DNA of 64,000 nt from Desulfatiglandales bacterium (GTDB lineage: Bacteria; Desulfobacterota; DSM-4660; Desulfatiglandales; Desulfatiglandaceae): positions 5,792,001 through 5,856,000 of the forward strand of contig OY759599.1 in the NCBI GenBank assembly GCA_963662465.1, written 5' to 3'. This document shows positions 1 to 8,911 of this stretch, piece by piece. Both the position numbers and the translations under genes were made by a program. Position 1 is the first letter of the stretch. Each line of letters begins with the position of its first letter. Under the pieces are notes generated by a model. The model had not been told where the DNA came from and did not search any database. It saw only the letters and a list, made by a program, of their open reading frames with translations.

Positions 1-203
1 AGCCTCCCCCAAAAGGGATGTCCGGACTCAGTGGTCAGTACCTCAAAGGGGTGGCCACGCTGGCCCAAAGGCTGGTCTTGATCCTTGATGTGGATGAAAT
101 CATCAGTATGGCGCCCAATCGGGTTTTTTCCGCTCCATCGGTCACTGAAAACCCCAATGAAAATTATAGTAACGAAACCCGAGGCGGTGCCGCAATATCG
201 TAA
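1..203 (+). CDS. cheW: CheW coupling protein, 3' part (truncated by window start)
   Basis: Frame open from window edge: PPPKGMSGLSGQYLKGVATLAQRLVLILDVDEII matches CheW C-terminal strands; precedes MCP gene. Confidence 0.8.
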   Translation, partial: PPPKGMSGLSGQYLKGVATLAQRLVLILDVDEIISMAPNRVFSAPSVTENPNENYSNETRGGAAIS

Positions 204-239
204 TTACGTTCCAATTTTGATAACCGGGAGGAAAAAATC

Positions 240-2303
240 ATGAACTCAGACTTACCCACGAACAGACCAGACCACACCGCGGATATTCAATCGGTTCTTA
301 AACAGGTCGGCGAGGTGACCCTTGAAGCCAATGAGTTGAACCGAATTGCCGACCAGCTTTCTGAAGGCGTGGAGTCCCAGACCACAAACCTCAACGACGC
401 CGCCGGGGGTATTACAGAAATGGCGGCTTCCTTGAAGGAAACCGCAATCCAATCGGAATCCATCAGCGTATCGACGGAAAATCTGGTTTCCGCCAACAAT
501 GAAATGGCCACCTCCATTCAGCAGATTACGGAGAACACCGTTAACCTGGCATCCACCATCAACGAGAGCGGTGCTTCCATCGAGGAGATGGCGGGATCCA
601 TTCAAAGCGTTTCGGAAACATCCCAAGAGATGGCAACATCCTCCACCGAAGTCACGGGCGCCATCAATGAAATGGCGGCTTCCGTCAAGGGGGTTCAGAA
701 AAACACCGAAGACCTGGCTGCCTCCGTGGAGGAGACGGCTGCCTCCATCGAAGAAATGGCCGCCAGTATTAAAGGCGTTGCGGAAAATGCCGATGATCTG
801 GCCAGTGCGGCCCAGGAAACGGCGAGTTCCATCAATGAGACGGCCGCCTCCATTGAACAGGTCTCCGCTATATCCGAGAATCTGGCCACCCTGGTGGAAG
901 AAAACGGCAGCAGTCTTCAGGAAATGGGCCGTTCCATTGAGGGGGTGGCGGCCAGTTCCGCCAGAATTGATGGGTCAGCAGCCGCTGCTGCTACCAGTGC
1001 CACCCAATTAGACCGTTCCATTCGCTCCGTGGCCGCCATGGTTGCCAAAGCGGACGAAACGTCTAAAAAGGTCGCAAAAGATGCCCGGGAAGGGGGGCTT
1101 ACCCTGCAAAAATCCATTGACGGCATGTTAAATATTCGAGAATCCATGGTGGAGTCTACCACAGTCATTCGAGAACTGGGAAAAAGTTCCGGTGAGATCA
1201 CCAGCATCGTAGATACCATCAACCTTATTGCGGAAAGGACCAACCTGCTTTCCTTAAACGCTTCCATTGAAGCAGCGCGGGCTGGAGACGCAGGCCGTGG
1301 TTTTGCGGTGGTGGCTGAGGAGATTCGCAATCTGGCCGATCGTTCAGCAAAAGCGACATCTGATATCTCAAGCATTATTAAAAATTTACAAAATGTGACC
1401 CAGGATGCGGTGCGAAAGTCGGACGAGGGGATGCGGGTGGTGGAAGACTCCAGCCGGCTGGCTGAAAATGGCGCCGATGGACTCCGGCAGATACTGGCGG
1501 GTGTGGATGAAACCGTTCAAATGCTGGGGCAGATTTCCCGTGCCACCCAGGAACAGATGGAGGCAGGGCAAAATGCGGCAGGCGCCATCAATGACACGGC
1601 GACCCAGATCAAAGAGGTGTCTCGGGCCACTTCCGAACAGGCAAAATCGGCCCAGGAAATTGTGCAGTCCAATTCGCAGATGCAGAAAATCGCCCGCCAG
1701 CTCAAGGACGCCATGGGAGAGCAGAGCCGGGCCGCAAGAGAGATCATCAAGGCATCGGAAAGTACCAATAAATTATCCGCCCAGGTCAAGCAGGCTACAT
1801 CGGAACAGGTCAGATGGTCCGGCGATATTACAAAGGCGGTGGCGGTTATGCGAAAAGGGGCAATGAGTACGGCCCAGGCGGTTGCGGAACAGGCCAATGC
1901 CGCAGAACAGATTTTAAAAGAGAGTGAAGCGCTGACGCGGATGATCAGCTCCGTCAGTAAAGCCATGAGTGAGCAGGCCAAGGGCGCCATTGATATTACC
2001 AGGGCCGTTGAAAGCATGAGCAAGCAGGCGGATCAAGCGGCAAAAGCCATGAGTGAGCAGGCCAAAGCCGGTCAAGATATATACGAAGGCGGCCGGAATA
2101 CCGCCAAACAGATTGCCCTCATTACCCGGGCAAACCGCGAGCATTCCGGCGCATCGGAGATGATTGTGAGCCGACTCAATGAAATTCAAAAAATCAGCGA
2201 ACGTAACAGCCTGGGCGTCAAGGAAACCCGGCGGGCTGCTTCACGGTTGCTGCAATTGGCCACAACGGTGGAAAAGGCCTTGGAAAATGTGAGAGAAATA
2301 TGA
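240..2303 (+). CDS. Cytoplasmic methyl-accepting chemotaxis protein, very long, no transmembrane or sensor domain
   Basis: Signalling tip [37 protein letters not shown] at mid-protein; 28-aa repeats on both arms; no hydrophobic segment; GGGAGG RBS. Confidence 0.95.
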   Translation: MNSDLPTNRPDHTADIQSVLKQVGEVTLEANELNRIADQLSEGVESQTTNLNDAAGGITEMAASLKETAIQSESISVSTENLVSANNEMATSIQQITENTVNLASTINESGASIEEMAGSIQSVSETSQEMATSSTEVTGAINEMAASVKGVQKNTEDLAASVEETAASIEEMAASIKGVAENADDLASAAQETASSINETAASIEQVSAISENLATLVEENGSSLQEMGRSIEGVAASSARIDGSAAAAATSATQLDRSIRSVAAMVAKADETSKKVAKDAREGGLTLQKSIDGMLNIRESMVESTTVIRELGKSSGEITSIVDTINLIAERTNLLSLNASIEAARAGDAGRGFAVVAEEIRNLADRSAKATSDISSIIKNLQNVTQDAVRKSDEGMRVVEDSSRLAENGADGLRQILAGVDETVQMLGQISRATQEQMEAGQNAAGAINDTATQIKEVSRATSEQAKSAQEIVQSNSQMQKIARQLKDAMGEQSRAAREIIKASESTNKLSAQVKQATSEQVRWSGDITKAVAVMRKGAMSTAQAVAEQANAAEQILKESEALTRMISSVSKAMSEQAKGAIDITRAVESMSKQADQAAKAMSEQAKAGQDIYEGGRNTAKQIALITRANREHSGASEMIVSRLNEIQKISERNSLGVKETRRAASRLLQLATTVEKALENVREI

Positions 2304-2316
2304 GATAATGAATTTT

Positions 2317-2401
2317 GTAACCGTTCACGGTTTACGGTTGCCGGTTTACGGTTGAAAAACCGTGAACCGGCAACTGTAAACCGGTAACCGTGAACGGTTA
2401 C
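2317..2401. repeat. Heptamer-built palindrome with GTAACCGTTCAC...GTGAACGGTTAC ends
   Basis: CGGTTTA/CGGTTGC units on left arm, reverse complements on right arm; perfect terminal inverted repeat. Confidence 0.9.
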
Positions 2402-2453
2402 GTTTTTTCCAACAGGGTTTCACTGGATAGGACACTAAAATAAAAGCAGGCCT

Positions 2454-5132
2454 ATGGATAATACGATACCATCACTGGGCATTTTTACCACCGATGAAAA
2501 TCTGTCGGTGCGCACGTGGGATTCCTGGCTTTCAGGGGTTACGGACCTTTCGTTGGAGGATGTGCGGGGAAAGTGCCTTACGGACATTATCCCGGATCTG
2601 GAATCCCGAGGTTTGGCGGGTAAATTCAGGCAGGTGTTGAACCAGGGGACCGTTGAAGTGCTGGCGCCCCTTTTTCATCGGTATCTGATTGCATGCGCCC
2701 CCATGGCCCCCTCCCGGCATTTTAATCATATGCGTCAGCGGGTGACCATTATGCCCCTTCGCGATGGGGACCGGATTTCAGGGACCCTGGTGTCCGTGGA
2801 GGATGTGACCGCCCGCCTGGAAGCGGAACGGATGTCCAATGGGCCAACGACTGACCCTTCGGGCGATGCAACACCCCTGATTCGTGCCATCGGAGATCCC
2901 AGCTGGCGCGTGCGAAGAGAGGCTGTCAGGGGTCTCGTTCAATATGGCGGCGCCGAAGCGACGGCGGCCCTTTTGCGCACCCTACAGTCGGAACACCGGG
3001 ATTTAGGGGCGCTCAACAGTGCCCTGGAGGCCCTTTCCATGAGCCGGGTCGATGTGTTGCCGGCGCTGCGGGCCCTCATGAAAGATCCCGATGGGGATCT
3101 GCGCATCTATGTGGCCCAGGTGTTGGGGGACAAGGGGGATGCCCGCGCCGTATCTGCTCTGATTGAAGCACTGAAAGATCCGGATGCCAATGTGCAATAC
3201 CACGCCATCGAGGCCCTGGGAAAACTGCGGGCCGTGGAATCCGTGGAACCCCTCATGAAGATCGTCGCGTCCGAAGATTTTTATCTTGCCTTTCCGGCCA
3301 TCGATGCCCTTATTCTTATGGGCGATTCCCAGGTCGCGCCACGACTGGCGCCGCTGCTGAAAAACGAGCTTTTGCGTACGTCCATAGCCGAACTTCTGGG
3401 GAAGCTGGGGGACGATGAGATGGTGTTTCCCCTGGTGGCGCTTCTAAAGGAACCGGATGCCCCGGTGACGGTGATTGCCCAGGCGCTGGTAATGCTTCGG
3501 GATCGCTATGAAGACCTTTACGGTGAAGGGGATCATATTGCCGATTTGGCGGCCAGGGCCATGACGCCCGCGGGCGCCGGAAATTTGCTGGATATGTTGC
3601 CCCGGGCCGGGGATGAGGAAACAAGACCCCTGGCAACGGTGCTGGGATGGCTTCAGGGCCCTGCCGTTGAAAGGGCGCTCACCCGACTGATGGGATGTCC
3701 CACCGTGCGCAATGAAGTGCTGGAGGCCCTGGTGCGACACGGGGGCCGGGTGACGCTCCTGCTGACCGATCAACTGAATGCCGAAGACTTGGAGATTCGG
3801 TATGCCGCGGCCATTGCCCTGGGCCGCATCGGGGATGATCGCGCCGTGATGCCATTGGTTGGAACCCTTGAAAATGATCCCGATCTGACCATCGTAGCCG
3901 CTGGGGCCCTGGCAAAAATTGGAAACCGGGAGGCCTACGAGGCCCTTTTGAATATGATTGGACATCCGCAGCCGGCGGTGCGCCAGGCGGTCATCTCGGC
4001 GCTCAATTCCCTGGGACATCCCCATATGGCTGTAGATATAGAAATTTTGCTGGAGGGTGAAAATCCCCTGGTGCGGGAATCCGCTGTCAAGATTGCCGGT
4101 TATTTTGGCTTTGCCAACTGTGTTGCCGGGCTGCTGAAATGCGCTTCAGACTCCGTTGAGGCGGTTCGCCGAGCCGCTGTTGAACATCTCCCGTACCTGG
4201 AGGTGACGGAAACCGATCATCAACTGATAAAGGCTCTGTCCCAGGATACGCCACGCGTCCGGGCCGCGGCCGCCAAGGCCATGGCTCATGTGGATGGAAA
4301 AAAGGCTCGCGCCCCACTGGGGGCGGCCCTGGAAGATTCGGATCCCTGGGTGCGGTTTTTCGCAGCACGTTCCGTGAGCCGGCATGGTTACACCGATCTG
4401 AAAGAGTGTCTTCAGACCATGGCCGCATCTGATCCCGCCAACCAGGTGCGCATCGAGGCGATCAAGGCCTTGGGATGCATCAACGGCGAGGCGGCAGTGC
4501 CTTTTCTTTCCGGATTTATGCGGGATGCGGACACTGATATCGCACGGGCCGCCATTGAGGCCCTGGGGGAAGTGGGGCCTCCCCATGCGGTTCCGGCCCT
4601 GCTCTCGGCACTTCGCACCACGGATGCTTCTTTAAGAATATCGGTGGTTCGGGCCCTTTCAAAAAGTCGAACCCTGGAAGCGGTGGATATTCTGCAATGG
4701 GTGGCCGCTTCCGACAACGCCGAAGCGGTGGCGGATCAGGCCGCCGAAAGTCTTGCGGGCCTGAATATGCCCGAAGCCATTATGGCCCTGGTGAACCTGA
4801 CCGCGGACCCCGCAAGACGGGACAAGGCCGTGGGGGCTCTGGCAAGGTTTCGCGATGCAGATGTGGATGTGCTGGGTGAACAGCTCTCCCATCCCCAATG
4901 GCAAGTCAAAAACGCCGTTATCGATGCGCTGACCCGCATGAAACGCCCCAATGCGTCACGGTATCTGATCAGGGCCCTGGATAACCCGGAGCCCAGGGTT
5001 CGCCTGGCGGCGGTTCGCGCCCTGGGGAAGCTGGGAAACCGGGAGGCTAGGGATCAAATTTTGTCCATGGCGAAAAACGATTCGGATTTTACGGTAAAAC
5101 GGGCCGCTAAAAAGGCCCTGGAAAAACTATGA
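2454..5132 (+). CDS. N-terminal PAS domain plus long HEAT (PBS-lyase-like) repeat protein
   Basis: PAS-like N-terminus ending VSVEDVT; many repeats of type D..VR..A..ALG; stop overlaps cheR start (ATGA). Confidence 0.9.
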   Translation: MDNTIPSLGIFTTDENLSVRTWDSWLSGVTDLSLEDVRGKCLTDIIPDLESRGLAGKFRQVLNQGTVEVLAPLFHRYLIACAPMAPSRHFNHMRQRVTIMPLRDGDRISGTLVSVEDVTARLEAERMSNGPTTDPSGDATPLIRAIGDPSWRVRREAVRGLVQYGGAEATAALLRTLQSEHRDLGALNSALEALSMSRVDVLPALRALMKDPDGDLRIYVAQVLGDKGDARAVSALIEALKDPDANVQYHAIEALGKLRAVESVEPLMKIVASEDFYLAFPAIDALILMGDSQVAPRLAPLLKNELLRTSIAELLGKLGDDEMVFPLVALLKEPDAPVTVIAQALVMLRDRYEDLYGEGDHIADLAARAMTPAGAGNLLDMLPRAGDEETRPLATVLGWLQGPAVERALTRLMGCPTVRNEVLEALVRHGGRVTLLLTDQLNAEDLEIRYAAAIALGRIGDDRAVMPLVGTLENDPDLTIVAAGALAKIGNREAYEALLNMIGHPQPAVRQAVISALNSLGHPHMAVDIEILLEGENPLVRESAVKIAGYFGFANCVAGLLKCASDSVEAVRRAAVEHLPYLEVTETDHQLIKALSQDTPRVRAAAAKAMAHVDGKKARAPLGAALEDSDPWVRFFAARSVSRHGYTDLKECLQTMAASDPANQVRIEAIKALGCINGEAAVPFLSGFMRDADTDIARAAIEALGEVGPPHAVPALLSALRTTDASLRISVVRALSKSRTLEAVDILQWVAASDNAEAVADQAAESLAGLNMPEAIMALVNLTADPARRDKAVGALARFRDADVDVLGEQLSHPQWQVKNAVIDALTRMKRPNASRYLIRALDNPEPRVRLAAVRALGKLGNREARDQILSMAKNDSDFTVKRAAKKALEKL

Positions 5133-5968
5133 TGCGGTTTTATTCCGAAACCCTGGGATTGTCCCCCGGCGCTTTTTCACTGCTTCGCGACCTCATCCAT
5201 GAGCGAACAGGGCTTTATTATGGGGATGAGAAACGGGATCTTCTGGCGGACAAGCTTTCTCCCCTGGTGGTGGAAACGGGCTTTGAAAACTTTCTTGACT
5301 ACTACTATCTTTTGAAATACGACGCGGATGCGGCCCTGCACTGGGATCGCGTCATAAACGCTTTGTCGGTGCAGGAAACCTATTTTTGGCGCGAGGTGGA
5401 CCAGATTCATGCCCTGGTGAATGTCCTGGTGCCTGCGTACGCCGAGCGGCACCCGAATCGGCCCATTCGTATCTGGAGTGCGGCTTGCGCAACGGGAGAA
5501 GAACCGCTGACCATTGCCATGGCCCTTCAGGAGGCCGGCTGGTTTAACCGGGCCGAAATTGAAATTCACGCCAGCGACGCCAGCAGCCAGGCCCTGATTA
5601 AGGCTCGGAAAGGTGTTTATCGGGAACGATCCTTCAGGAATCTCTCCCAACCCTTGAAAGAACGGTATTTCAGGGAGGCTGAGGCAGGGTATCAAATCGC
5701 CTCGACCCTTCACCAAAGGGTCCAATGGCATAAAGCCAACCTCATATCCCCGGAAGACATCCATGCGTTATGTCAAAGTCCCTTTATCTTCTGCCGAAAT
5801 GTCTTTATCTATTTTTCGGAGAAAGGTATAAGAAAGGTCGTGGATTGCTTTTATGAAAATATGCCCAACCCTGCCTATCTGTTTACGGGGGCTTCCGAAT
5901 CCCTCTTGAAACTGGGGACATCCTTTGAGTTGGAGGAGGTTGGCGGGGCGTTTGTTTATGTAAAATAA
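5129..5968 (+). CDS. cheR: Chemotaxis methyltransferase CheR
   Basis: ETYFWRE, IWSAACATGEEP, IFCRNVFIYF motifs. Confidence 0.95.
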   Translation: MMRFYSETLGLSPGAFSLLRDLIHERTGLYYGDEKRDLLADKLSPLVVETGFENFLDYYYLLKYDADAALHWDRVINALSVQETYFWREVDQIHALVNVLVPAYAERHPNRPIRIWSAACATGEEPLTIAMALQEAGWFNRAEIEIHASDASSQALIKARKGVYRERSFRNLSQPLKERYFREAEAGYQIASTLHQRVQWHKANLISPEDIHALCQSPFIFCRNVFIYFSEKGIRKVVDCFYENMPNPAYLFTGASESLLKLGTSFELEEVGGAFVYVK

Positions 5969-5971
5969 GGG

Positions 5972-6081
5972 CGGTTGTCGGTTACCGGTTTACGGTTGCC
6001 GGTTAAAACTGGAGGAAGATTATGGGCTCCTCCCATAATTCGTTGAAAAAACCGACAACCGTAAACCGACAACCGGTAACC
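5972..6081. repeat. Heptamer-built inverted repeat (CGGTTGT/CGGTTTA type) around an inner hairpin ATTATGGG-CTCCT-CCCATAAT
   Basis: Same heptamer flavour as 2317-2401; arms are reverse complements. Confidence 0.85.
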
Positions 6082-6086
6082 AGGAT

Positions 6087-7130
6087 TTGACCATGACCTC
6101 CCTCATTCGAGTCTTAATCGTAGACGATTCGGCCTTTGTCCGCAAGGTCGTCAAGGAAATGCTTTCCCGCAGTCCCTTTATCGAGGTGGTGGGAACGGCC
6201 CGGGATGGCCTTGAGGCTCTGGAGAAAGTGGAAGAGCTGCATCCCGATGTGGTGACCCTCGATCTCATCATGCCGCGGCTCGACGGGGTGGGCTTTCTTC
6301 TGGAACAGATGGCGCGCCGGCCCCTTCCCGTGGTGGTGGTGAGCATTGCCAGCGAGAGCGGTGAAAAGGCCCTTCAGGCCCTGGATGCGGGGGCTGTTGA
6401 TTTTGTTCAGAAGCCCACGGCCCTGGCCACGGAAAAGGTTTTTGAAATCAGTGAAGAATTGCTAAGAAAGGTGAAGATGGCGGCGGGTGTCCCCATCAAG
6501 AAGCTGATTCAGCCTTTCACGTCTCCTCTATCCGAAACAGCCGTGCCCATGACGAGAGGCAGGGTGGATGCCGTGTTCATCGGTATTTCCACCGGAGGAC
6601 CCCACGCCTTGAAATTCATGATTCCCCAGTTCCCCAAGGACTTTCCCGTTCCCATAGCCGTTGTACTCCACATGCCGGTGGGGTATACGGAACTCTTTGC
6701 GCGGCAACTGAATGAGGTTTCTTTTTTAAAGGTCAAGGAAGCCCAGGAAGGGGATGTTTTTTCCCCGGGAACGGTTCTCATTGCCGCGGCGGGTCGGCAT
6801 CTCATCCTTAACAAATCAGCCTCCGGAACGGTTGTGGCCCACCTGAGCGCCAGGCCTTTTGACACGGTTCATCGTCCTTCGGTGGATGTGCTCTTTGATT
6901 CCGCTGCCGCGGTCTTCGGCGGGCGGAGCCTGGGGGTGGTCATGACCGGCATGGGTTCCGACGGCCTGAAAGGGGCCAGGGCCATCAAGGAAAAAGGGGG
7001 CCGTATTTTGACGGAAAGCGAGGAGACCTGCGTGGTTTACGGCATGCCCCGTTCCGTGGTGGAAGCGGGCTTCAGCGATTATCAGGTGCCTTTGAACCGA
7101 ATGGCCAAAACCATCCGGGATGCGGTGTAA
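6087..7130 (+). CDS. cheB: Chemotaxis response regulator methylesterase CheB (start TTG 6087 or ATG 6093)
   Basis: Receiver domain plus catalytic GISTGGP, HMP, GMGSDG motifs. Confidence 0.95.
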   Translation: MTMTSLIRVLIVDDSAFVRKVVKEMLSRSPFIEVVGTARDGLEALEKVEELHPDVVTLDLIMPRLDGVGFLLEQMARRPLPVVVVSIASESGEKALQALDAGAVDFVQKPTALATEKVFEISEELLRKVKMAAGVPIKKLIQPFTSPLSETAVPMTRGRVDAVFIGISTGGPHALKFMIPQFPKDFPVPIAVVLHMPVGYTELFARQLNEVSFLKVKEAQEGDVFSPGTVLIAAAGRHLILNKSASGTVVAHLSARPFDTVHRPSVDVLFDSAAAVFGGRSLGVVMTGMGSDGLKGARAIKEKGGRILTESEETCVVYGMPRSVVEAGFSDYQVPLNRMAKTIRDAV

Positions 7131-7151
7131 AACTTCAATTCTGGAGTCTCC

Positions 7152-7826
7152 ATGACGTTGCCCAGCCACACAACCGTACAAAATGATCCGCGAATCACAC
7201 AGGCCACCATTGACTGGCTCGATCAGTTTTCTCCCTGTGGCATTCTCACCACGGACAGGGATCTGGTGATAACGGGCTGGAACCAGTGGATGGCGCTGCA
7301 TTCCGGAAGAAAGGGCGAGGAGGTCTTGAGCAGGTCCCTGCCGGATCTGTATCCGGAGTTTGTGGAACGTAAGATGGATCGTTATTTCCGATTGGCCCTT
7401 TCCGGACAAACGGTGGTTTTGTCCCATCGGTTGCATGGGCGTCTTATCCCCATGAAGCCCACCGAACCCGGTGTGCCGGATTCCCATATGCCCCAGAGCG
7501 GCACCATCTCGCCCCTGTTGTCTGATGGCGCGGTCATCGGAACCATCACCCACATCGAAGACGTCACTGAGCGCATCCATCGGGAAAAAGAGCTGGAAGA
7601 ACAGGTGGCGCGACTGGAAGAGGCCATGAACCAGGTCAATACCCTGAAGGGTCTTCTCCCCATCTGCAGCTACTGCAAGAAAATCCGGGATGATAAAGGG
7701 TACTGGAATCAGCTGGAATCTTATATCGGAACGCGTGCCGATGTGGATTTCAGTCACGGCATCTGTCCGGAGTGCGCCAAAAAACATTTTCCGGATCTGG
7801 ATCTTTATGGAGACGAGGATCTTTAG
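7152..7826 (+). CDS. PAS domain protein with coiled coil and C-terminal Cys-rich (putative Zn) domain
   Basis: PAS ending IEDVTER; LLPICSYCKKIRDDKGYW...FSHGICPEC tail. Confidence 0.85.
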   Translation: MTLPSHTTVQNDPRITQATIDWLDQFSPCGILTTDRDLVITGWNQWMALHSGRKGEEVLSRSLPDLYPEFVERKMDRYFRLALSGQTVVLSHRLHGRLIPMKPTEPGVPDSHMPQSGTISPLLSDGAVIGTITHIEDVTERIHREKELEEQVARLEEAMNQVNTLKGLLPICSYCKKIRDDKGYWNQLESYIGTRADVDFSHGICPECAKKHFPDLDLYGDEDL

Positions 7827-7857
7827 ATTTTAAGTTTTACGTTTTAAGTTTTAAGTT
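7827..7857. repeat. TTTTAAG heptamer tandem directly after stop codon
   Basis: attttaag ttttacg ttttaag ttttaag tt. Confidence 0.8.
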
Positions 7858-7930
7858 TCTCTGCCAATGAATTTCTTGTTTTTTGTGACAGGTTTATAGC
7901 TTATTATGCTTATAAGCCGGGAGATGGTTA

Positions 7931-8299
7931 ATGGCAAAAATTCTCATCGTGGATGACTCAGCACTTTCCAGAAGAATGCTGCGGGCCATTTTAGAAGCGG
8001 GCGGTCACGAGGTCCTGGAAGCGCGGGACGGCCTTTTGGCCCTGGAGCGGTTTTCCCTGGAAAAACCGGATCTGGTCATGCTGGATATGACCATGGCGGG
8101 GATGCATGGACTGGATGTGTTGGAGAAAATGCTTCAACTGAATCCTACGGCCAATGTTCTGGCGGCGTCAGCCGATATTCAGACCTCAACCCAGAGGCTT
8201 TTCCAGGAAAAGGGGGGCAGGGGATTTGTGGAAAAACCCTTTGCGGCGGAACGGGTGCTCCCCGTTATTGACGCCATTCTGAAAGGAGAAGCCCCATGA
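7931..8299 (+). CDS. Single-domain response regulator (CheY-like)
   Basis: ILIVDDS, DLVMLD phosphoacceptor, KPF. Confidence 0.9.
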   Translation: MAKILIVDDSALSRRMLRAILEAGGHEVLEARDGLLALERFSLEKPDLVMLDMTMAGMHGLDVLEKMLQLNPTANVLAASADIQTSTQRLFQEKGGRGFVEKPFAAERVLPVIDAILKGEAP

Positions 8300-8901
8300 T
8301 GATTCTCACGGAAAATCAGAGGGACGCCCTCACGGAAGTGATCAACATCTCTTTTTCCCGGGCCGGGGCGTCTCTCTCTGAAATCACCGGTCATCGGGTG
8401 CTGCTGGAAGTCCCCAAGGTGAGCATCCATCCCATCCATGAACTGCAGGATTGCCTGGGCGAGTTTATTCATGAAGAAATCGCCACGGTTCACCAGATTT
8501 TCTCCGGTGCCGTTGCGGGGGATGCCATGCTCATGCTCAACTATGAGGGGGCGGTGCATCTGTCGCGTCTTCTGGCTGAAACGGGCAATACCGCCGAACG
8601 GCTCTATGAATCGGACCGGGAGGTCTTGACCGAAATCGGCAATATTCTCTTGAACGCATGCCTGGGCACCTTCGGCAACATGCTGCACGTGCAGATCGCC
8701 TTTGCGGTGCCCCGTCTGCACCTGGAGGAACTGGACGCCCTGTTGGATTCCCTGATTATCGGCAAGGAAGAAATTCAATATGCCCTGGTGGTGTATACCC
8801 ACTTTCGCATCAAGGAAAGTGAAATCACCGGTTTTCTGGTGATCGTCCTGGGGGTCAACTCCCTGGAGATCCTTCTGGAGGAACTGGAGAAACTGGGATA
8901 G
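8296..8901 (+). CDS. cheC: CheC-family phosphatase
   Basis: Two ExxN motifs (DALTEVINI, EVLTEIGNI); overlaps response regulator stop. Confidence 0.85.
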   Translation: MMILTENQRDALTEVINISFSRAGASLSEITGHRVLLEVPKVSIHPIHELQDCLGEFIHEEIATVHQIFSGAVAGDAMLMLNYEGAVHLSRLLAETGNTAERLYESDREVLTEIGNILLNACLGTFGNMLHVQIAFAVPRLHLEELDALLDSLIIGKEEIQYALVVYTHFRIKESEITGFLVIVLGVNSLEILLEELEKLG

Positions 8902-8911
8902 GGACGGCGTT

